Shown here one piece after another: positions 50,721 through 61,615 of a DNA stretch of 64,000 bases. The position numbers were made by a program, and so were the translations under genes. Each line of letters starts with the position of its first letter. Position 1 is the first letter of the stretch. The stretch covers positions 576,001 through 640,000 of the forward strand of contig JAXGZN010000002.1 of assembly GCA_040776945.1 (NCBI GenBank), in the 5' to 3' direction. Origin of the DNA: Methanomassiliicoccaceae archaeon. Its GTDB lineage: Archaea > Thermoplasmatota > Thermoplasmata > Methanomassiliicoccales > Methanomassiliicoccaceae. The notes beneath the pieces are model-generated. The model made no database searches. It was given only the letters and a program-made list of their open reading frames with translations, and was not told the origin of the DNA.

Positions 50721-53600
50721 ATGTCAAGCTGGACCGCGGGGATCGAAGCCAAATGGCAGGCGCGCTGGTTAGATGCCAGGCTTTTCGAGGCGAATAGGGA
50801 CTCGAGGCCCAAGTTCATGGTGATCTTCGCCTATCCCGGCTTGACCGGATATCTTCACGTAGGGCACATGCGCGGGTACACCTACGTCGATGCTATCGCC
50901 CGCTACAAGCGGATGGCGGGGTTCAACGTCCTATTCCCAGTGGGGACGCACGCCACCGGCAACGGGGCCATATCCCTCGCGAAGAGGATAAGGGAGAAGG
51001 ACGGAAGGACCATCGATTATCTCCTGGCCAACGGCTGCCCGGAAGAGATGCTGCCGAGGTTGGTGGAGCCCCAGCAGGTGGTCGATTTCTTCAACCAGGT
51101 CTATGTGAACCAATACTGGAAGCGCTTCGGCTTCCTTGCGGACTGGCGCCGCTTCACCTCAACGACGAATCCGGACTACAGCAGGTTCATCCAGTGGCAG
51201 TTCCGAAAGCTGAACGATGCCGGCCTGCTTATCCAGAAGCCTTATTTCGCCCCGGCCTGCGTGGAATGCGGGCCGGTGGCGGTGGACGCCTCGGAGACGG
51301 ACCTCTCAAAGGGAGGCAACGCCGAGACCACCGAGTACACGCTCCTCAAGTTCCGCTGCGGGGACCTATTTCTTGTTGCTGCGACCCTGAGGCCGGAGAC
51401 GGTGTACGGGCAGACCAACTTTTGGGTGAACCCCGATGTGGAATATGTAAAGGTCAGGAGGAACGGCGAGATATGGGTCATAAGCCGTCCTTCGTATGAC
51501 AAGATGCGCTATCAGAAGGACGGTCTCGAGATCATGGGGACCGTGCCCGGGACTGAGCTTATAGGCCTGACGGCCATGGCGCCGGTCATACACCGCCCCG
51601 TGCCGGTGCTGCCGGCCATCTTCGCCAAACCCGAGGTAGGGACCGGCCTGGTGACCAGCGTGCCGTCGGACGCCCCTGACGACTGGGTGGCCCTCAAGCT
51701 GCTCCAAGAGGACGACGAGGTCCTGAAGAGGTACGGTCTGGACGCTGACCTCGTGCGATCGATAAGGCCGATCCCCATCATTGACACAAAGGGCTATGGT
51801 CCCCTGCCGGCGGTGGAGATGGTCGAGAGGATGGGCATCACCAGGTCCGGAGACCCGCGTCTGGACGAGGCCAAGAAGGCCATCTACAAGGACGGGTTCC
51901 ATACCGGGAGGATGAACGCCGCATGCGGCGAGTTCGCGGGCATGAAGGTCGAGGAGGCCAAGGAACTCATCAAACAGATGATGATAAGGAGCGGCGAGGC
52001 CGAGGTGTTCTATGACCTGTCGGAGGAGGTGGTGTGCCGTTGCGGCAGGCCCGTGGTGATCAAGAAGGTGGACGACCAATGGTTCATCGACTATGCCAAC
52101 CCCGGACTGACGGAGAACAGCAAGCGGCACGCTAAAAGCATGAGGATCCTGCCTCAAGAGTACTACGTGAACGTGCAGGGCGTTCTCGACTGGTTCCGTG
52201 AGCGTGCTTGCGTGAGGCAGGGCAACTGGCTCGGGACGCGGTTCCCCCTCGATCCCAAGTGGATCATAGAGGCGATCTCCGATTCCACGCTGTACCCGCT
52301 ATACTACATCATCGCACCGTACTTCAATTCCGGCCAGTTGGAACTCGGATCTCTGAACGAGACGTTCTTCGACCACGTATGCCTGGGCATGGGAAATGTC
52401 GAAGAGGTCTCCGCGGCCACCGGCGTGGCCGTCGATCTCCTTGAGCGGATAAAGGAGGATGTGTTCTACTGGTATCCTCTGGACATCAATCTCGGGGGCA
52501 AGGAGCACATGACCGTCCACTTCCCGGCGTTCCTTATGAACCATGTGGCCATCCTCCCCGAGGAGCTTTGGCCGAGAGGAATCTTCGTCAACTGGTACAT
52601 CACCGGCAAGCTGGGCAAGATATCCAAGTCCAAAGGAGGGGCGGAGCCCATACCTGACGCCGCTGAGCGGTTCGGGGTCGACGCTCTGCGCCTTTACTAC
52701 GCGCACATAGCCGCACCGTTCGCTGACGTGGAATGGGACGAAGGGGCCATAGACAACTACTCCTCGAGGATCGATCGCATAATCAGGACCCTCGATGAGC
52801 TGAAGTCCCTGAACGGCACCGAGGTCCAGAACGCGGACCGGTGGGTCCTCTCGCGCCTTTCCAATAGGGCCCGCACCATCCGATCGGCGATGGACGAGTT
52901 CGACCTACGCCGGATGGCCAACGAGGTCTTTTTCGAGACCCTCGCGGACATGAGATGGTACATGCGGAGAGGAGGCGACAACAGCGAGACCGTAGCGAAG
53001 GCGGTCAGGAGCTGGGTGCGCATGATGGCGCCGGTTACGCCCCATATCGCCGAAGAGCTCTGGGAGGGCCTCGGGGAGAAGGGCTTCGTGTCGATAGCTC
53101 CGTTCCCCGAAGAGGAGGAGCTTCCGTCCGACCCGTTGACGGAAGCTTCCGAGTACTACCTCCAGGAGGTGATGGCCGATATCAACGAGATCCTCAAGGT
53201 CACCGGCATCGTTCCCAAGAGGATCATAATCTACACCGCCCCTCAGTGGAAGTCGGACATCTTAAGGCTCGGACTGGACCTCGCCGGGTCCAAGCAGCTG
53301 AGCGTTCCCGGGCTGACGAAGGCCGTAATGTCCCGAGACGACCTCAAGCGGAGGGGAAAGGACTCCGCCGACTTCGCCCGGAAGACCGCCGAGGACCTCA
53401 TGAAGCGTTCCGAGCCGGAGCTGAGGCAGCTTGGAACGGAGATCGACGAGCTCACGTACCTCAAGGACGCTTCCAAGTTCCTGTCCAAGGAGCTGGACTG
53501 CGAGATGGCCATCTATCGCGCCGATGACGGGCAGGCCCCCGACCCTCAGAAGAAGGCCCGGGCCGCGCAGCCTCACCGGCCGGCCATCTATGTAGAGTAA
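50721..53600 (+). CDS. leuS: Leucyl-tRNA synthetase (archaeal type)
   Basis: HVGH (HIGH), ATLRPET, GTGLVTSVPSDAP editing motif, KISKS (KMSKS); ATG after AGGTG. Confidence 0.96.
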   Translation: MSSWTAGIEAKWQARWLDARLFEANRDSRPKFMVIFAYPGLTGYLHVGHMRGYTYVDAIARYKRMAGFNVLFPVGTHATGNGAISLAKRIREKDGRTIDYLLANGCPEEMLPRLVEPQQVVDFFNQVYVNQYWKRFGFLADWRRFTSTTNPDYSRFIQWQFRKLNDAGLLIQKPYFAPACVECGPVAVDASETDLSKGGNAETTEYTLLKFRCGDLFLVAATLRPETVYGQTNFWVNPDVEYVKVRRNGEIWVISRPSYDKMRYQKDGLEIMGTVPGTELIGLTAMAPVIHRPVPVLPAIFAKPEVGTGLVTSVPSDAPDDWVALKLLQEDDEVLKRYGLDADLVRSIRPIPIIDTKGYGPLPAVEMVERMGITRSGDPRLDEAKKAIYKDGFHTGRMNAACGEFAGMKVEEAKELIKQMMIRSGEAEVFYDLSEEVVCRCGRPVVIKKVDDQWFIDYANPGLTENSKRHAKSMRILPQEYYVNVQGVLDWFRERACVRQGNWLGTRFPLDPKWIIEAISDSTLYPLYYIIAPYFNSGQLELGSLNETFFDHVCLGMGNVEEVSAATGVAVDLLERIKEDVFYWYPLDINLGGKEHMTVHFPAFLMNHVAILPEELWPRGIFVNWYITGKLGKISKSKGGAEPIPDAAERFGVDALRLYYAHIAAPFADVEWDEGAIDNYSSRIDRIIRTLDELKSLNGTEVQNADRWVLSRLSNRARTIRSAMDEFDLRRMANEVFFETLADMRWYMRRGGDNSETVAKAVRSWVRMMAPVTPHIAEELWEGLGEKGFVSIAPFPEEEELPSDPLTEASEYYLQEVMADINEILKVTGIVPKRIIIYTAPQWKSDILRLGLDLAGSKQLSVPGLTKAVMSRDDLKRRGKDSADFARKTAEDLMKRSEPELRQLGTEIDELTYLKDASKFLSKELDCEMAIYRADDGQAPDPQKKARAAQPHRPAIYVE

Positions 53601-53752
53601 GACGCGCTCTTAGGTACCGCTCCCATCGCTCAGCGCGAGCGGTCCTCGTTATGTTTTTCTCGACCCAGACGGAGTTCCTTTTATAGCCGCTAACCGGTTC
53701 CGGTCGGTCGGAGGCCCTCAAGCTGGGGGCGATCCCCGGGTCAGAGGTCAAG

Positions 53753-56700
53753 ATGTTCGCGGGTCTCGCCGACCTCATCGTCAGGCGGCACAAGCTGATA
53801 ATCGCCGCATGGGTTCTGGCATTGCTAATAGCTCTGCCCATGGTGCCGTTGGCCAGCGACGTGGTTCAGTACGAAGAGACGGAGATGGCACCAGGTTCAC
53901 TGCCGTCATCGATCGCCAATGAGCATATTTCGAAAAGCTTCGGCAGCATAGCCGATCAGCCTACGACCCTGATCGTGATAACCTCCGACGATGTCATGGA
54001 CGAGCGCACCAGGATCATCACGCTGGCGATCGAGCGTGAGATAGCCGAGGCCTCCCTTTATGGTGACATCAACAAGGTCGAGGTGACATCGCCATATACG
54101 ATAGCGGAGAACTATGCCCTCAATGTAATCAAAGTGCTGAACTACGCCTGCTCCAGTGCCAACCTCTCCGCCTATCTCACCTTCGGACTGCCGCAGGAGT
54201 ACCGAATGGTGTGGACCGCCATCAACACCTCGGCCTTCGCCCTTTACACGGTGCCGGAAAGCTACGCGACCGCCTGGGCCGAGGCGATGGCCTCAAACCC
54301 CTCGCTCACCGTTGAGGAGGCGGACATAATCGCCTACGCCTCCGCCCGGTCTCGGACCGATGCCGAGGCCATGAACTTGGGCCCCGAGGAGCGCGCTCTT
54401 CTTCTCACCTGGCTCCGATCCTTCGCCGGTTCGTGGAACCTGACCGCGCCGATCGGGCTGCAGCCCGGCGAGCGGGCCGTTGCCGCTCGCTCCGATGCCT
54501 TCCTTCAGCTCCAGAGCTCCCTTGACCTGCCGGAAAGGGACAAATGGCTTATCCAGCAGGTGAGCGCGTCATTCGCTACCTTGGAGGTCGACTTCCGCAA
54601 CGTGAGCGCTGTAGCCCGCGAGGTGGTCGACGGCAGGATCGAGGCATCCGTTGCGAAGATGACCTCAGGGCAAGCATCCTACGGGAACGTGACCTCGGGC
54701 CAGGTGGTCCTTGTCAGGGAATACATGAACTCGTTTTATTCCTGGTGGTCCGGCCTTGGCAGAGTGCCCTCGGACGCCGAGATGGAGCACGGGATACTCG
54801 TTCTGTCCCTGGAGTTCGGCGAGGGGATATCGGACCGGGAGACCAGGGAGGTCTTCCTGGCCGTCCGTTCCTCCATCGGCGGCCTGGCCGTATACAAGGA
54901 CGCTGAGGCCAGAACGGAGGCCATAGTGGCAGTGGTGGCATCGATGCCATCGATCGTGGAGCGCGTCGCTCCCGAACGATGGTTGGTGAACGCTTCAGCG
55001 GAGATGGGGGGCTTCGACATGGTCAAGGCAAAGGCCTTGAGCCGCAAGATATCCTCCAACTCATCGCTGGACCACCTGCCGTTCAAGATGCCCGCGGGGA
55101 TCTTCGGGCAGCTGGTGTCCGCCGACAGGACCACGATGATCATGGGTCTGACCTACGAGGACATCAAGGGCGATCTTCATCCAGGACGGGAATGCGTCGC
55201 CGACGTCAGGGACATCGTCGCCGGCGTGGCCAATGGAGAAGCGGTCAGGTGCTACGTCACGGGGACGGACGCTCTCAACGTGGACATGGAGGCGACCACC
55301 TTCGAGGACCTAGGGATCATTGAGCCCATCACCATCGTCCTGGTCCTCGTTCTCATCGGATCGTTCTTCCGCTCGTTCGTCGCCTCATCCATACCGCCCC
55401 TCTCCGTCGGGGTAGCGCTCGGCATCAGTTATGCGGCGGTGTACATCATAGGGTCGTACGTTCTCGCGGTACACTATGCCGTTCTCACCCTCCTGCTGAC
55501 AGCTACGATAGGGGCGGGGTGCGATTACTGCATCTTCATCCTCTCCAGGTATCGCGAGGAGAGGTCGTCAGGAAAAGGAAAGGAGGAGAGCGTAAGGCAG
55601 GCGGTGACCTGGGCAGGAGAGAGCATCCTGATCTCGGGACTCACGGTCATCATCGGCTTCGGCGTTCTCGCCATCGGCGAGCTATCGCTGTTCAAGTCCC
55701 TGGGCGTCATCCTGGCCCTTAGCATCTCCATGGCTTTGCTGGTGGCACTCACCCTCCTTCCCTCCGTCCTTTTCCTTTTGGGCGACAGGAGCTTCTGGCC
55801 TGCGCGCATGGACCATCCGCCCAGAAAGCTCGCTCATCCAAGCTACTTCTCTCGAAGCGCCAGGTTCGCCATAAGGAACGCCAAGGTATTGCTCATAGTT
55901 GCAGCGCTGATGTCCATGCCTGCGATATACCTCACGTTATCGGCCGATACAAGCTACGATTACATCGGCTCAATGGCCGACGTGGAGAGCAAGCAGGGCC
56001 TGACAGTCATCCAGGAAGGCTTCGGTGGCGGCAAGATAACGCCGACCCAGATCTCGGTGGTCATGACCTCTGACATTGTGTCCAACGGCTCCTTCGACCT
56101 CGAGATGCTGGCATCGATCGAGTCCCTGTCCCTGAGGATCGCGAACCTTGACAACATCAAGAAGGTGAACGGACCGACGCGGCCTTTTGGCGACCCCATC
56201 GACATAACCAACGCCAGTCTCATGGACGAATATGATGCGGTGATCGGCCGCATGGTCAGCACGGACCGCCGGGCAGCGATCCTGACCGTTACCTTCGAGG
56301 CCGAGCCGTTCGACATGAGGTCGATCGCCAGCGTCCATGACCTAAGGGCTGTGGCCGAGGAGGCGGCAGGAACAGGAGGGATGGAGAAGGTATTGGTGGG
56401 CGGCTCGACCGCCTCCATGTCCGATATCGCGTCCATGAACCAGGGCGATTTTCGGAACATGGCCGTCCTGGCCGTCGCCAGCATCTACGCGGTGCTCATG
56501 CTGGTCTTGGGTTCGGTCATCAGCCCGCTGCGCTCCATCCTCACCATACTGCTGAGCATCTCATGGACCTTGGCGGTGGCCCTTCTGCTCTTCCAGGGGC
56601 TCCTGGGACAGCCGATATTGTATCTGGCGCCAATGATCCTGCTGCTGGTCTGCCTCGGTCTGGGGATGGACTATGATATCCTGCTCGTGACCAGGGTCCG

Positions 56701-57031
56701 CGAGGAGGTGGCCAAGGGGATGGATACCGACGAGGCCATCGTCCATGCGGTGGACCGTACTGGAGGGATAATCACCGCCTGCGGGGTCATCATGGCATCG
56801 GCGTTCGGATCCATGATGCTCTCGAACGGCTACCTGCTGAAGGAGTTCGGCTTCGTCCTTATGTTCGCCATCCTGCTGGACGCGACCGTGGTCCGCATTT
56901 ACCTGGTCCCGGCCGCCATGTCCTTGCTGGGCAGGTGGAACTGGTGGGCCCCCGGACCGATCAGGAGAATGAGCGAGGGCCGCGACCGGAAGCGTCTCGA
57001 CGCGCTGAAGGAAGGCAGGACGGGAAAGTGA
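53753..57031 (+). CDS. MMPL/RND-family transporter
   Basis: GAGCDY..RYREE and GLGMDY..RVREE, LDATVVR..VPA.M.LLG.WNWW; very large first extracytoplasmic loop. Confidence 0.92.
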   Translation: MFAGLADLIVRRHKLIIAAWVLALLIALPMVPLASDVVQYEETEMAPGSLPSSIANEHISKSFGSIADQPTTLIVITSDDVMDERTRIITLAIEREIAEASLYGDINKVEVTSPYTIAENYALNVIKVLNYACSSANLSAYLTFGLPQEYRMVWTAINTSAFALYTVPESYATAWAEAMASNPSLTVEEADIIAYASARSRTDAEAMNLGPEERALLLTWLRSFAGSWNLTAPIGLQPGERAVAARSDAFLQLQSSLDLPERDKWLIQQVSASFATLEVDFRNVSAVAREVVDGRIEASVAKMTSGQASYGNVTSGQVVLVREYMNSFYSWWSGLGRVPSDAEMEHGILVLSLEFGEGISDRETREVFLAVRSSIGGLAVYKDAEARTEAIVAVVASMPSIVERVAPERWLVNASAEMGGFDMVKAKALSRKISSNSSLDHLPFKMPAGIFGQLVSADRTTMIMGLTYEDIKGDLHPGRECVADVRDIVAGVANGEAVRCYVTGTDALNVDMEATTFEDLGIIEPITIVLVLVLIGSFFRSFVASSIPPLSVGVALGISYAAVYIIGSYVLAVHYAVLTLLLTATIGAGCDYCIFILSRYREERSSGKGKEESVRQAVTWAGESILISGLTVIIGFGVLAIGELSLFKSLGVILALSISMALLVALTLLPSVLFLLGDRSFWPARMDHPPRKLAHPSYFSRSARFAIRNAKVLLIVAALMSMPAIYLTLSADTSYDYIGSMADVESKQGLTVIQEGFGGGKITPTQISVVMTSDIVSNGSFDLEMLASIESLSLRIANLDNIKKVNGPTRPFGDPIDITNASLMDEYDAVIGRMVSTDRRAAILTVTFEAEPFDMRSIASVHDLRAVAEEAAGTGGMEKVLVGGSTASMSDIASMNQGDFRNMAVLAVASIYAVLMLVLGSVISPLRSILTILLSISWTLAVALLLFQGLLGQPILYLAPMILLLVCLGLGMDYDILLVTRVREEVAKGMDTDEAIVHAVDRTGGIITACGVIMASAFGSMMLSNGYLLKEFGFVLMFAILLDATVVRIYLVPAAMSLLGRWNWWAPGPIRRMSEGRDRKRLDALKEGRTGK

Positions 57032-57067
57032 GAACGGACCAACATGCAACACGGCGCTGAAGGGCGC

Positions 57068-57610
57068 TCATTCCCACCGCTTGAAAAGGTCATGGTCCTG
57101 TCCCAGCTGGTCCAGGACCTTGCCCACGACGAAGTCTATCATCATGTCCACGCTCCTCGGCCCATGGTAGAACGCTGGAGAGGCCGGGAGGATGGTCGCT
57201 CCGGCGCGGGCCAGGGCCAGCTCGTTCTCCAGCATAATGACGTTGAGAGGGGTCTCCCGAGGCACAAGGACCAGCCTGCGGCGTTCCTTGAGGGTGACCG
57301 AGGCCGCCCTGGTCAGCAGACTGTCGGAAATGCCAGCGGCCAGCTTGGCAATGGTCGACTGCGAGCATGGACATACTACCATGGCGTCGACCACGTGGGT
57401 GCCGGAGGCGGGCGGGGCGAAGAGATCATGGTCATCATAGACCTCGTCCGCGAGCGAGCACAGGTCATCATAGCCGATGTCCGCCTCATGCTCGAGCACC
57501 TTCCTGCCCATGTCGGACACGATGAGAACCTTATCTCCCTCCAGTTCCTCAAGGAGCCTGATCCCGTACCGAATGCCCGAGCATCCCGTTATGGCCACCA
57601 CGCAGCGCAT
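57068..57610 (-). CDS. ubiX: Flavin prenyltransferase
   Basis: AITGCSG, PASG, PCS, LKERR.LVLVPRETP, PAFY. Confidence 0.95.
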   Translation of the reverse strand: MRCVVAITGCSGIRYGIRLLEELEGDKVLIVSDMGRKVLEHEADIGYDDLCSLADEVYDDHDLFAPPASGTHVVDAMVVCPCSQSTIAKLAAGISDSLLTRAASVTLKERRRLVLVPRETPLNVIMLENELALARAGATILPASPAFYHGPRSVDMMIDFVVGKVLDQLGQDHDLFKRWE

Positions 57611-57878
57611 GTTGGGAGGAACGGTCGCGGCCTATTAATTAGCTCCTGGGGACCGATGCGTTCCCTTTATAGGGCACGACCGCATAGGGCCGTGACGTTC
57701 CTGGGACAGAGGCGAGAGTGGCGCACCGGACCGGCGATCCAGCATGGTCATCAAGGCGGCCGCCATCCGCTCTCCAGCGATATCCAACCCTGGAAACGCT
57801 TTTATACGACCTCTATATTAATGCCGTAGGCATTATCCACATTTGGATAGTATTAGATATCATTTCGAGGTAGATCAG

Positions 57879-58304
57879 ATGGTCACAGTCTATGATGTCC
57901 CCCCGGAGAAGCTGATCGCAAAGGCCGCGGCCCAGCTGAAGCAGATGGATACGATCAAGGCCCCGGACTGGGCAGAGTTCGCGAAGACCGGAAGGCACAC
58001 CGAGAAGGCCCCTGTCCAAGATGACTGGTGGTATACCCGCTCCGCTTCCGTTCTACGAAAGGTATATTTGAAGGGCCCTATCGGAACCTCCAGGCTTGCC
58101 GCGGAGTACGGCGGTTTCGCCGACCGGGGGTCCAAGCCCAACAAGGCGGTCAAGGGCAGCCGGGCGATCGCTCGACGCTGCCTTATCCAGCTTGAACAGT
58201 CGGGCCTGATAGCAAAGCACAAGAGAGACGGCAGGGTCATCACTCCTAAGGGTCAAGCGATGCTCGACAACGCCGCCAAGGCGGTCTTCGACGAGACCCA
58301 CTGA
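57879..58304 (+). CDS. rps19e: 30S ribosomal protein S19e
   Basis: TVYDVP, KTG..EKAP, WWYTRSAS.LRK. Confidence 0.97.
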   Translation: MVTVYDVPPEKLIAKAAAQLKQMDTIKAPDWAEFAKTGRHTEKAPVQDDWWYTRSASVLRKVYLKGPIGTSRLAAEYGGFADRGSKPNKAVKGSRAIARRCLIQLEQSGLIAKHKRDGRVITPKGQAMLDNAAKAVFDETH

Positions 58305-58325
58305 TGCGAGCTGCGTGTGATCTAA

Positions 58326-58667
58326 ATGCAGGACGCTGAACTCGAGGAACTTCGGCGCCGCAAGATGGCGCAGTTGCAGCAATCCCAGGAAGCCCAGCTC
58401 CAGCAGCAGGCCATGATGGCCGAGCGTCAGAGGCAGGTGGAGCAGGCCAAGCTAGAGATGATGAGAAGGATCCTCACCCCTGAAGCAAGGGAGAGGCTCG
58501 CCAAGGTAAGGATGGCCTATCCGGACGTGGCGGCCGCGGTCGAGGACCAGCTCATACAGCTGCTCCAAATGGGCAGGATCCAGGATCAGATAGACGATAA
58601 TACTCTGAAGGCCATCCTTAGGAAGATATCGCCTCAGAGAAGAGACATTAAGATAGAAAGGGTGTAA
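58326..58667 (+). CDS. PDCD5/TFAR19-family DNA-binding protein
   Basis: [23 protein letters not shown]; conserved position after rps19e. Confidence 0.93.
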   Translation: MQDAELEELRRRKMAQLQQSQEAQLQQQAMMAERQRQVEQAKLEMMRRILTPEARERLAKVRMAYPDVAAAVEDQLIQLLQMGRIQDQIDDNTLKAILRKISPQRRDIKIERV

Positions 58668-58671
58668 TCCA

Positions 58672-58827
58672 ATGACCAGGAACAAACCGTTAGCAATGAA
58701 GGCCCGCCTAATGAGGGCGGAAAAGTCCAACCGCAGAGTGCCTGCCTGGGTAATGATCAGGACCAACAGGAACGTTCTCCGGCATCCAAAGAGGAGGAGC
58801 TGGAGGATGAGCAAGCTCAAGGAGTGA
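58672..58827 (+). CDS. rpl39e: 50S ribosomal protein L39e (below the ORF-track cutoff)
   Basis: Manual translation [51 protein letters not shown]. Confidence 0.96.
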   Translation: MTRNKPLAMKARLMRAEKSNRRVPAWVMIRTNRNVLRHPKRRSWRMSKLKE

Positions 58828-58832
58828 TCTCC

Positions 58833-59105
58833 ATGGACGAGAAGGTAATGAACATCAACCTCAAGAAGACCAAGGCGGCCCCCAGGTCCAAGAAGGCGAA
58901 GAGGGCTATCAACGAGATCCGACAGCATGTCGTCAGGCACATGAAGGCGGACGAGGACAAGGTCTGGATCGATCACCGCCTCAACGAGGCCATCTGGGCG
59001 AACGGCATCCACCGGCCTCCTACCCGCATCACTGTGAAGGCGGTCAAGTTCGAGGACGGCCTGGTCGAGGTCTCCCTGCCGCAGGATTCCGTTGTAGAAG
59101 AGTAA
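58833..59105 (+). CDS. rpl31e: 50S ribosomal protein L31e
   Basis: KAKRAI, RHMK, LNEAIW..GI..PP. Confidence 0.96.
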   Translation: MDEKVMNINLKKTKAAPRSKKAKRAINEIRQHVVRHMKADEDKVWIDHRLNEAIWANGIHRPPTRITVKAVKFEDGLVEVSLPQDSVVEE

Positions 59106-59118
59106 TCGCGGTGCTGGC

Positions 59119-59775
59119 ATGATGAAGCTCTCGAGCTACAACGGTAACCCTTTCATTGGGGTCTACTGCGTAGCCAATGAGAGCCTGTCCCTGGTACCAT
59201 TGGACGCACCCCCCGGTCTTATTTCAGATATCGAGGAGGGCATGGGGGCCAAGGTCGTGACCGCCTCCTTGGCCTCTTCGACCATCCTCGGCACCTTGAC
59301 GGCGATGAACTCCTACGGGGCCATAACCACGGGGATGGCGACCCTGGCGGAGGTCCGTCCTCTGAGGAAGCTCCTGCAGGTGAAGCGGATAAAGGACCGC
59401 CTCAACGCTTGCGGGAACAACATCTTGGTCAACGACAACGCCGCTCTGGTGAACCCCGACCTGGACCGGTCGGCGATCAAGCTCATTGAGGAGGCGCTGC
59501 AGGTCGAGGTCGTGCAAGGCATGGTGGCTGGCCACAAAACGGTAGGCTCGGTATGCGCGGCCACCAACAAGGGCGTGCTGTGCCATCCCTCCACGAGCCG
59601 GGCCGAGCTTGAGATGCTGCGCTCCTTGTTCAAGGTCCCCACCGCCATCGGCACACTGAACTACGGCGCCCCCATGGTCGGGGCCTGCATGATAGCAAAC
59701 TCCAAAGGAGCGGCGATAGGGTTCCGCTCCACACCCATTGAGATGGGCCGGGTCGAGGACGTGCTCTTCCCTTGA
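59119..59775 (+). CDS. eif6: Translation initiation factor 6
   Basis: NPFIGVY, GN.IL.ND, VGS..ATNKG.L.HP, GTLNYG. Confidence 0.96.
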   Translation: MMKLSSYNGNPFIGVYCVANESLSLVPLDAPPGLISDIEEGMGAKVVTASLASSTILGTLTAMNSYGAITTGMATLAEVRPLRKLLQVKRIKDRLNACGNNILVNDNAALVNPDLDRSAIKLIEEALQVEVVQGMVAGHKTVGSVCAATNKGVLCHPSTSRAELEMLRSLFKVPTAIGTLNYGAPMVGACMIANSKGAAIGFRSTPIEMGRVEDVLFP

Positions 59776-60433
59776 GGATGCCGCTTATCCCAATTTTCTG
59801 ACCTTCGTCCTATAGCTCGGCTCTATATCAGGGGGAAAAGACCCAAAACTCGGTCGCTGGAGGCAGGTCTTCCCGGCTGAACTCGACCTCGTTCCCGACC
59901 CTGACCACAACGTCCTCGGGTATGCCCTGAAGGAAGGGATCGATGGTATGGACGGAGATCGATAGTCCCCCCCAGCGGAAGTGCATGGGTATGGCCACCC
60001 GAGGCCGCAGCTTGGACACCAACGCCCGTGCCTGGGCACCATCGATGGTGAACACGCCTCCCACTGGAACGAACAGGACGTCCACCGGCCCTATGGCGCA
60101 GACCTGCTCCTCGGTAAGGTCATGCCCGAGATCGCCGCAATGGCAGAACCTGATGCCGTCCAGCTCGAAGTGGTAAACTATATTGCGCCCTCTTCGAGCT
60201 CCCGATTCGAGATCGTGAAACGTAGATACGCCATTGATCTGAACGCCTCTGAGAGAGCGTTCCCCGGGATCTCTGATCACCGAGGGGTCCCCCCTCACGA
60301 TCCGGACGCAGTTATGGTCGAAATGATCGTGAGTGACCAGCACTATGTCCGCCTTCACAAGAGGGGTCTTGATCCCTATGGACTTGCCATCGTGAGGGTC
60401 GGTGACCACAGTGACGGTATCCTTTATTTCAAA

Positions 60434-61575
60434 GGCCTTGTTGCAAAATCCAACCTGACACTTTGCCAATGTCAGTAAATCAAATTGTAATTAATTTATA
60501 TTGTTACCAATATTGATTACAAAATATTTAAGTGTGGGCCAATCCATGTTGCCAGTTGCTTAGAAAGGTGACTGGATTGGACACCACGATCATTGAAATA
60601 ACGTCGGAAGTATTCAAGTTTGACGGTCAATCGCGCCTCGACACCTTCAGCATCGACCTCGGTCGATGCTCCGAGGTCGAGGCGCACCGATTGCAGCTGG
60701 CCATGGAAGGCATACGTAAGAACGTCGATTCTTTCCCATTCTGGCAGCGGAGGAAGAGGGTCGGCCGACCCTCTTCCAATGAAAGGACGATCATGATAGG
60801 TTTCCTTATCCAGCAACTATTCCGTACGACCTTCCGCGATGCGGAAGGTCTGCTGCACATGCTGAGCTGGTACTTCAGGATCGACCGCGTGCCGGATCAT
60901 TCCGTGCTTTGCAGGGCGATGTCCAGCCAACGCTGGACATCGCTGCTGGAGAGGTTCTTCTCATTCTTACTGGATCGTCTGCCGAAGAGGAACGCCATTG
61001 TCGCTACGGATGCGACCGGCTACTCCGGTCGCAAGCGCGGATGGCGCGAGACGCCATACGCGCACCGACCGAACGAGGACTGGGTGAAGGCGCATGCCGC
61101 CATCGAGGTCGACCGTTTCCTCATCCTGAGCTACGAGCTCACCGCCTCGAACGTGCATGACAGCCAGGTGTTCTCGGATGTCTGGGAACGATTACCGGAC
61201 AACATAGTCCCTGTACGCAGCCTGGCCGATTCGGCCTATCACGGCGAGGCCTGCCTCGCCGCGGCCAGGCTGCACGGGGCGACACCGTTGCACAAGATCA
61301 AGAAGAACGCCAAAGGTCTGATGGAGCATCGGGTCAACTACAACAAGCTGGTGTTCTTCGCCCACCAGTTCCCGCGGCGCTTCGCCGCCTTGACGGCGAA
61401 GCGCAATCATGCTGAAACGGTGTTCAGCATGATCGGCAATCTGTTCGGTCATCGGATAAGATGCCGGAATAATGACGCAAGGAAAAATGAGGTTCGATGC
61501 AAGATCATCATGTTCAACCTGCATCAGCTGGCAGTTACCGGGCTAGCCCGGTAACTGTAATTTTGCAACAAGGCC
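60434..61575 (+). mobile_element. IS5-family insertion sequence, 1142 bp
   Basis: Perfect 16-bp TIRs GGCCTTGTTGCAAAAT (60434-60449, 61560-61575); flanking direct repeat TTCAAA (60428-60433, 61576-61581). Confidence 0.93.
60532..61554 (+). CDS. IS5-family DDE transposase
   Basis: VPDHSVL, DATG, WVKAH, ADSAY, KRNHAETVFS; true start may be downstream of 60532. Confidence 0.92.
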   Translation: MWANPCCQLLRKVTGLDTTIIEITSEVFKFDGQSRLDTFSIDLGRCSEVEAHRLQLAMEGIRKNVDSFPFWQRRKRVGRPSSNERTIMIGFLIQQLFRTTFRDAEGLLHMLSWYFRIDRVPDHSVLCRAMSSQRWTSLLERFFSFLLDRLPKRNAIVATDATGYSGRKRGWRETPYAHRPNEDWVKAHAAIEVDRFLILSYELTASNVHDSQVFSDVWERLPDNIVPVRSLADSAYHGEACLAAARLHGATPLHKIKKNAKGLMEHRVNYNKLVFFAHQFPRRFAALTAKRNHAETVFSMIGNLFGHRIRCRNNDARKNEVRCKIIMFNLHQLAVTGLAR

Positions 61576-61615
61576 TTCAAAACAAGAATGGCCGTGCCAA
61601 ATGATCCTCATGTGC

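Larger units (their letters stand above)
59828..61611 (-). pseudogene. MBL-fold metallo-hydrolase interrupted by an IS after about codon 12
   Basis: 5' piece MRIIWHGHSCFE (61576-61611) joins FEIKDTVTVVTDP..THDHFDH..HCGDLG..PMH (59828-60433) in frame once the IS and one target copy are removed. Confidence 0.9.
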
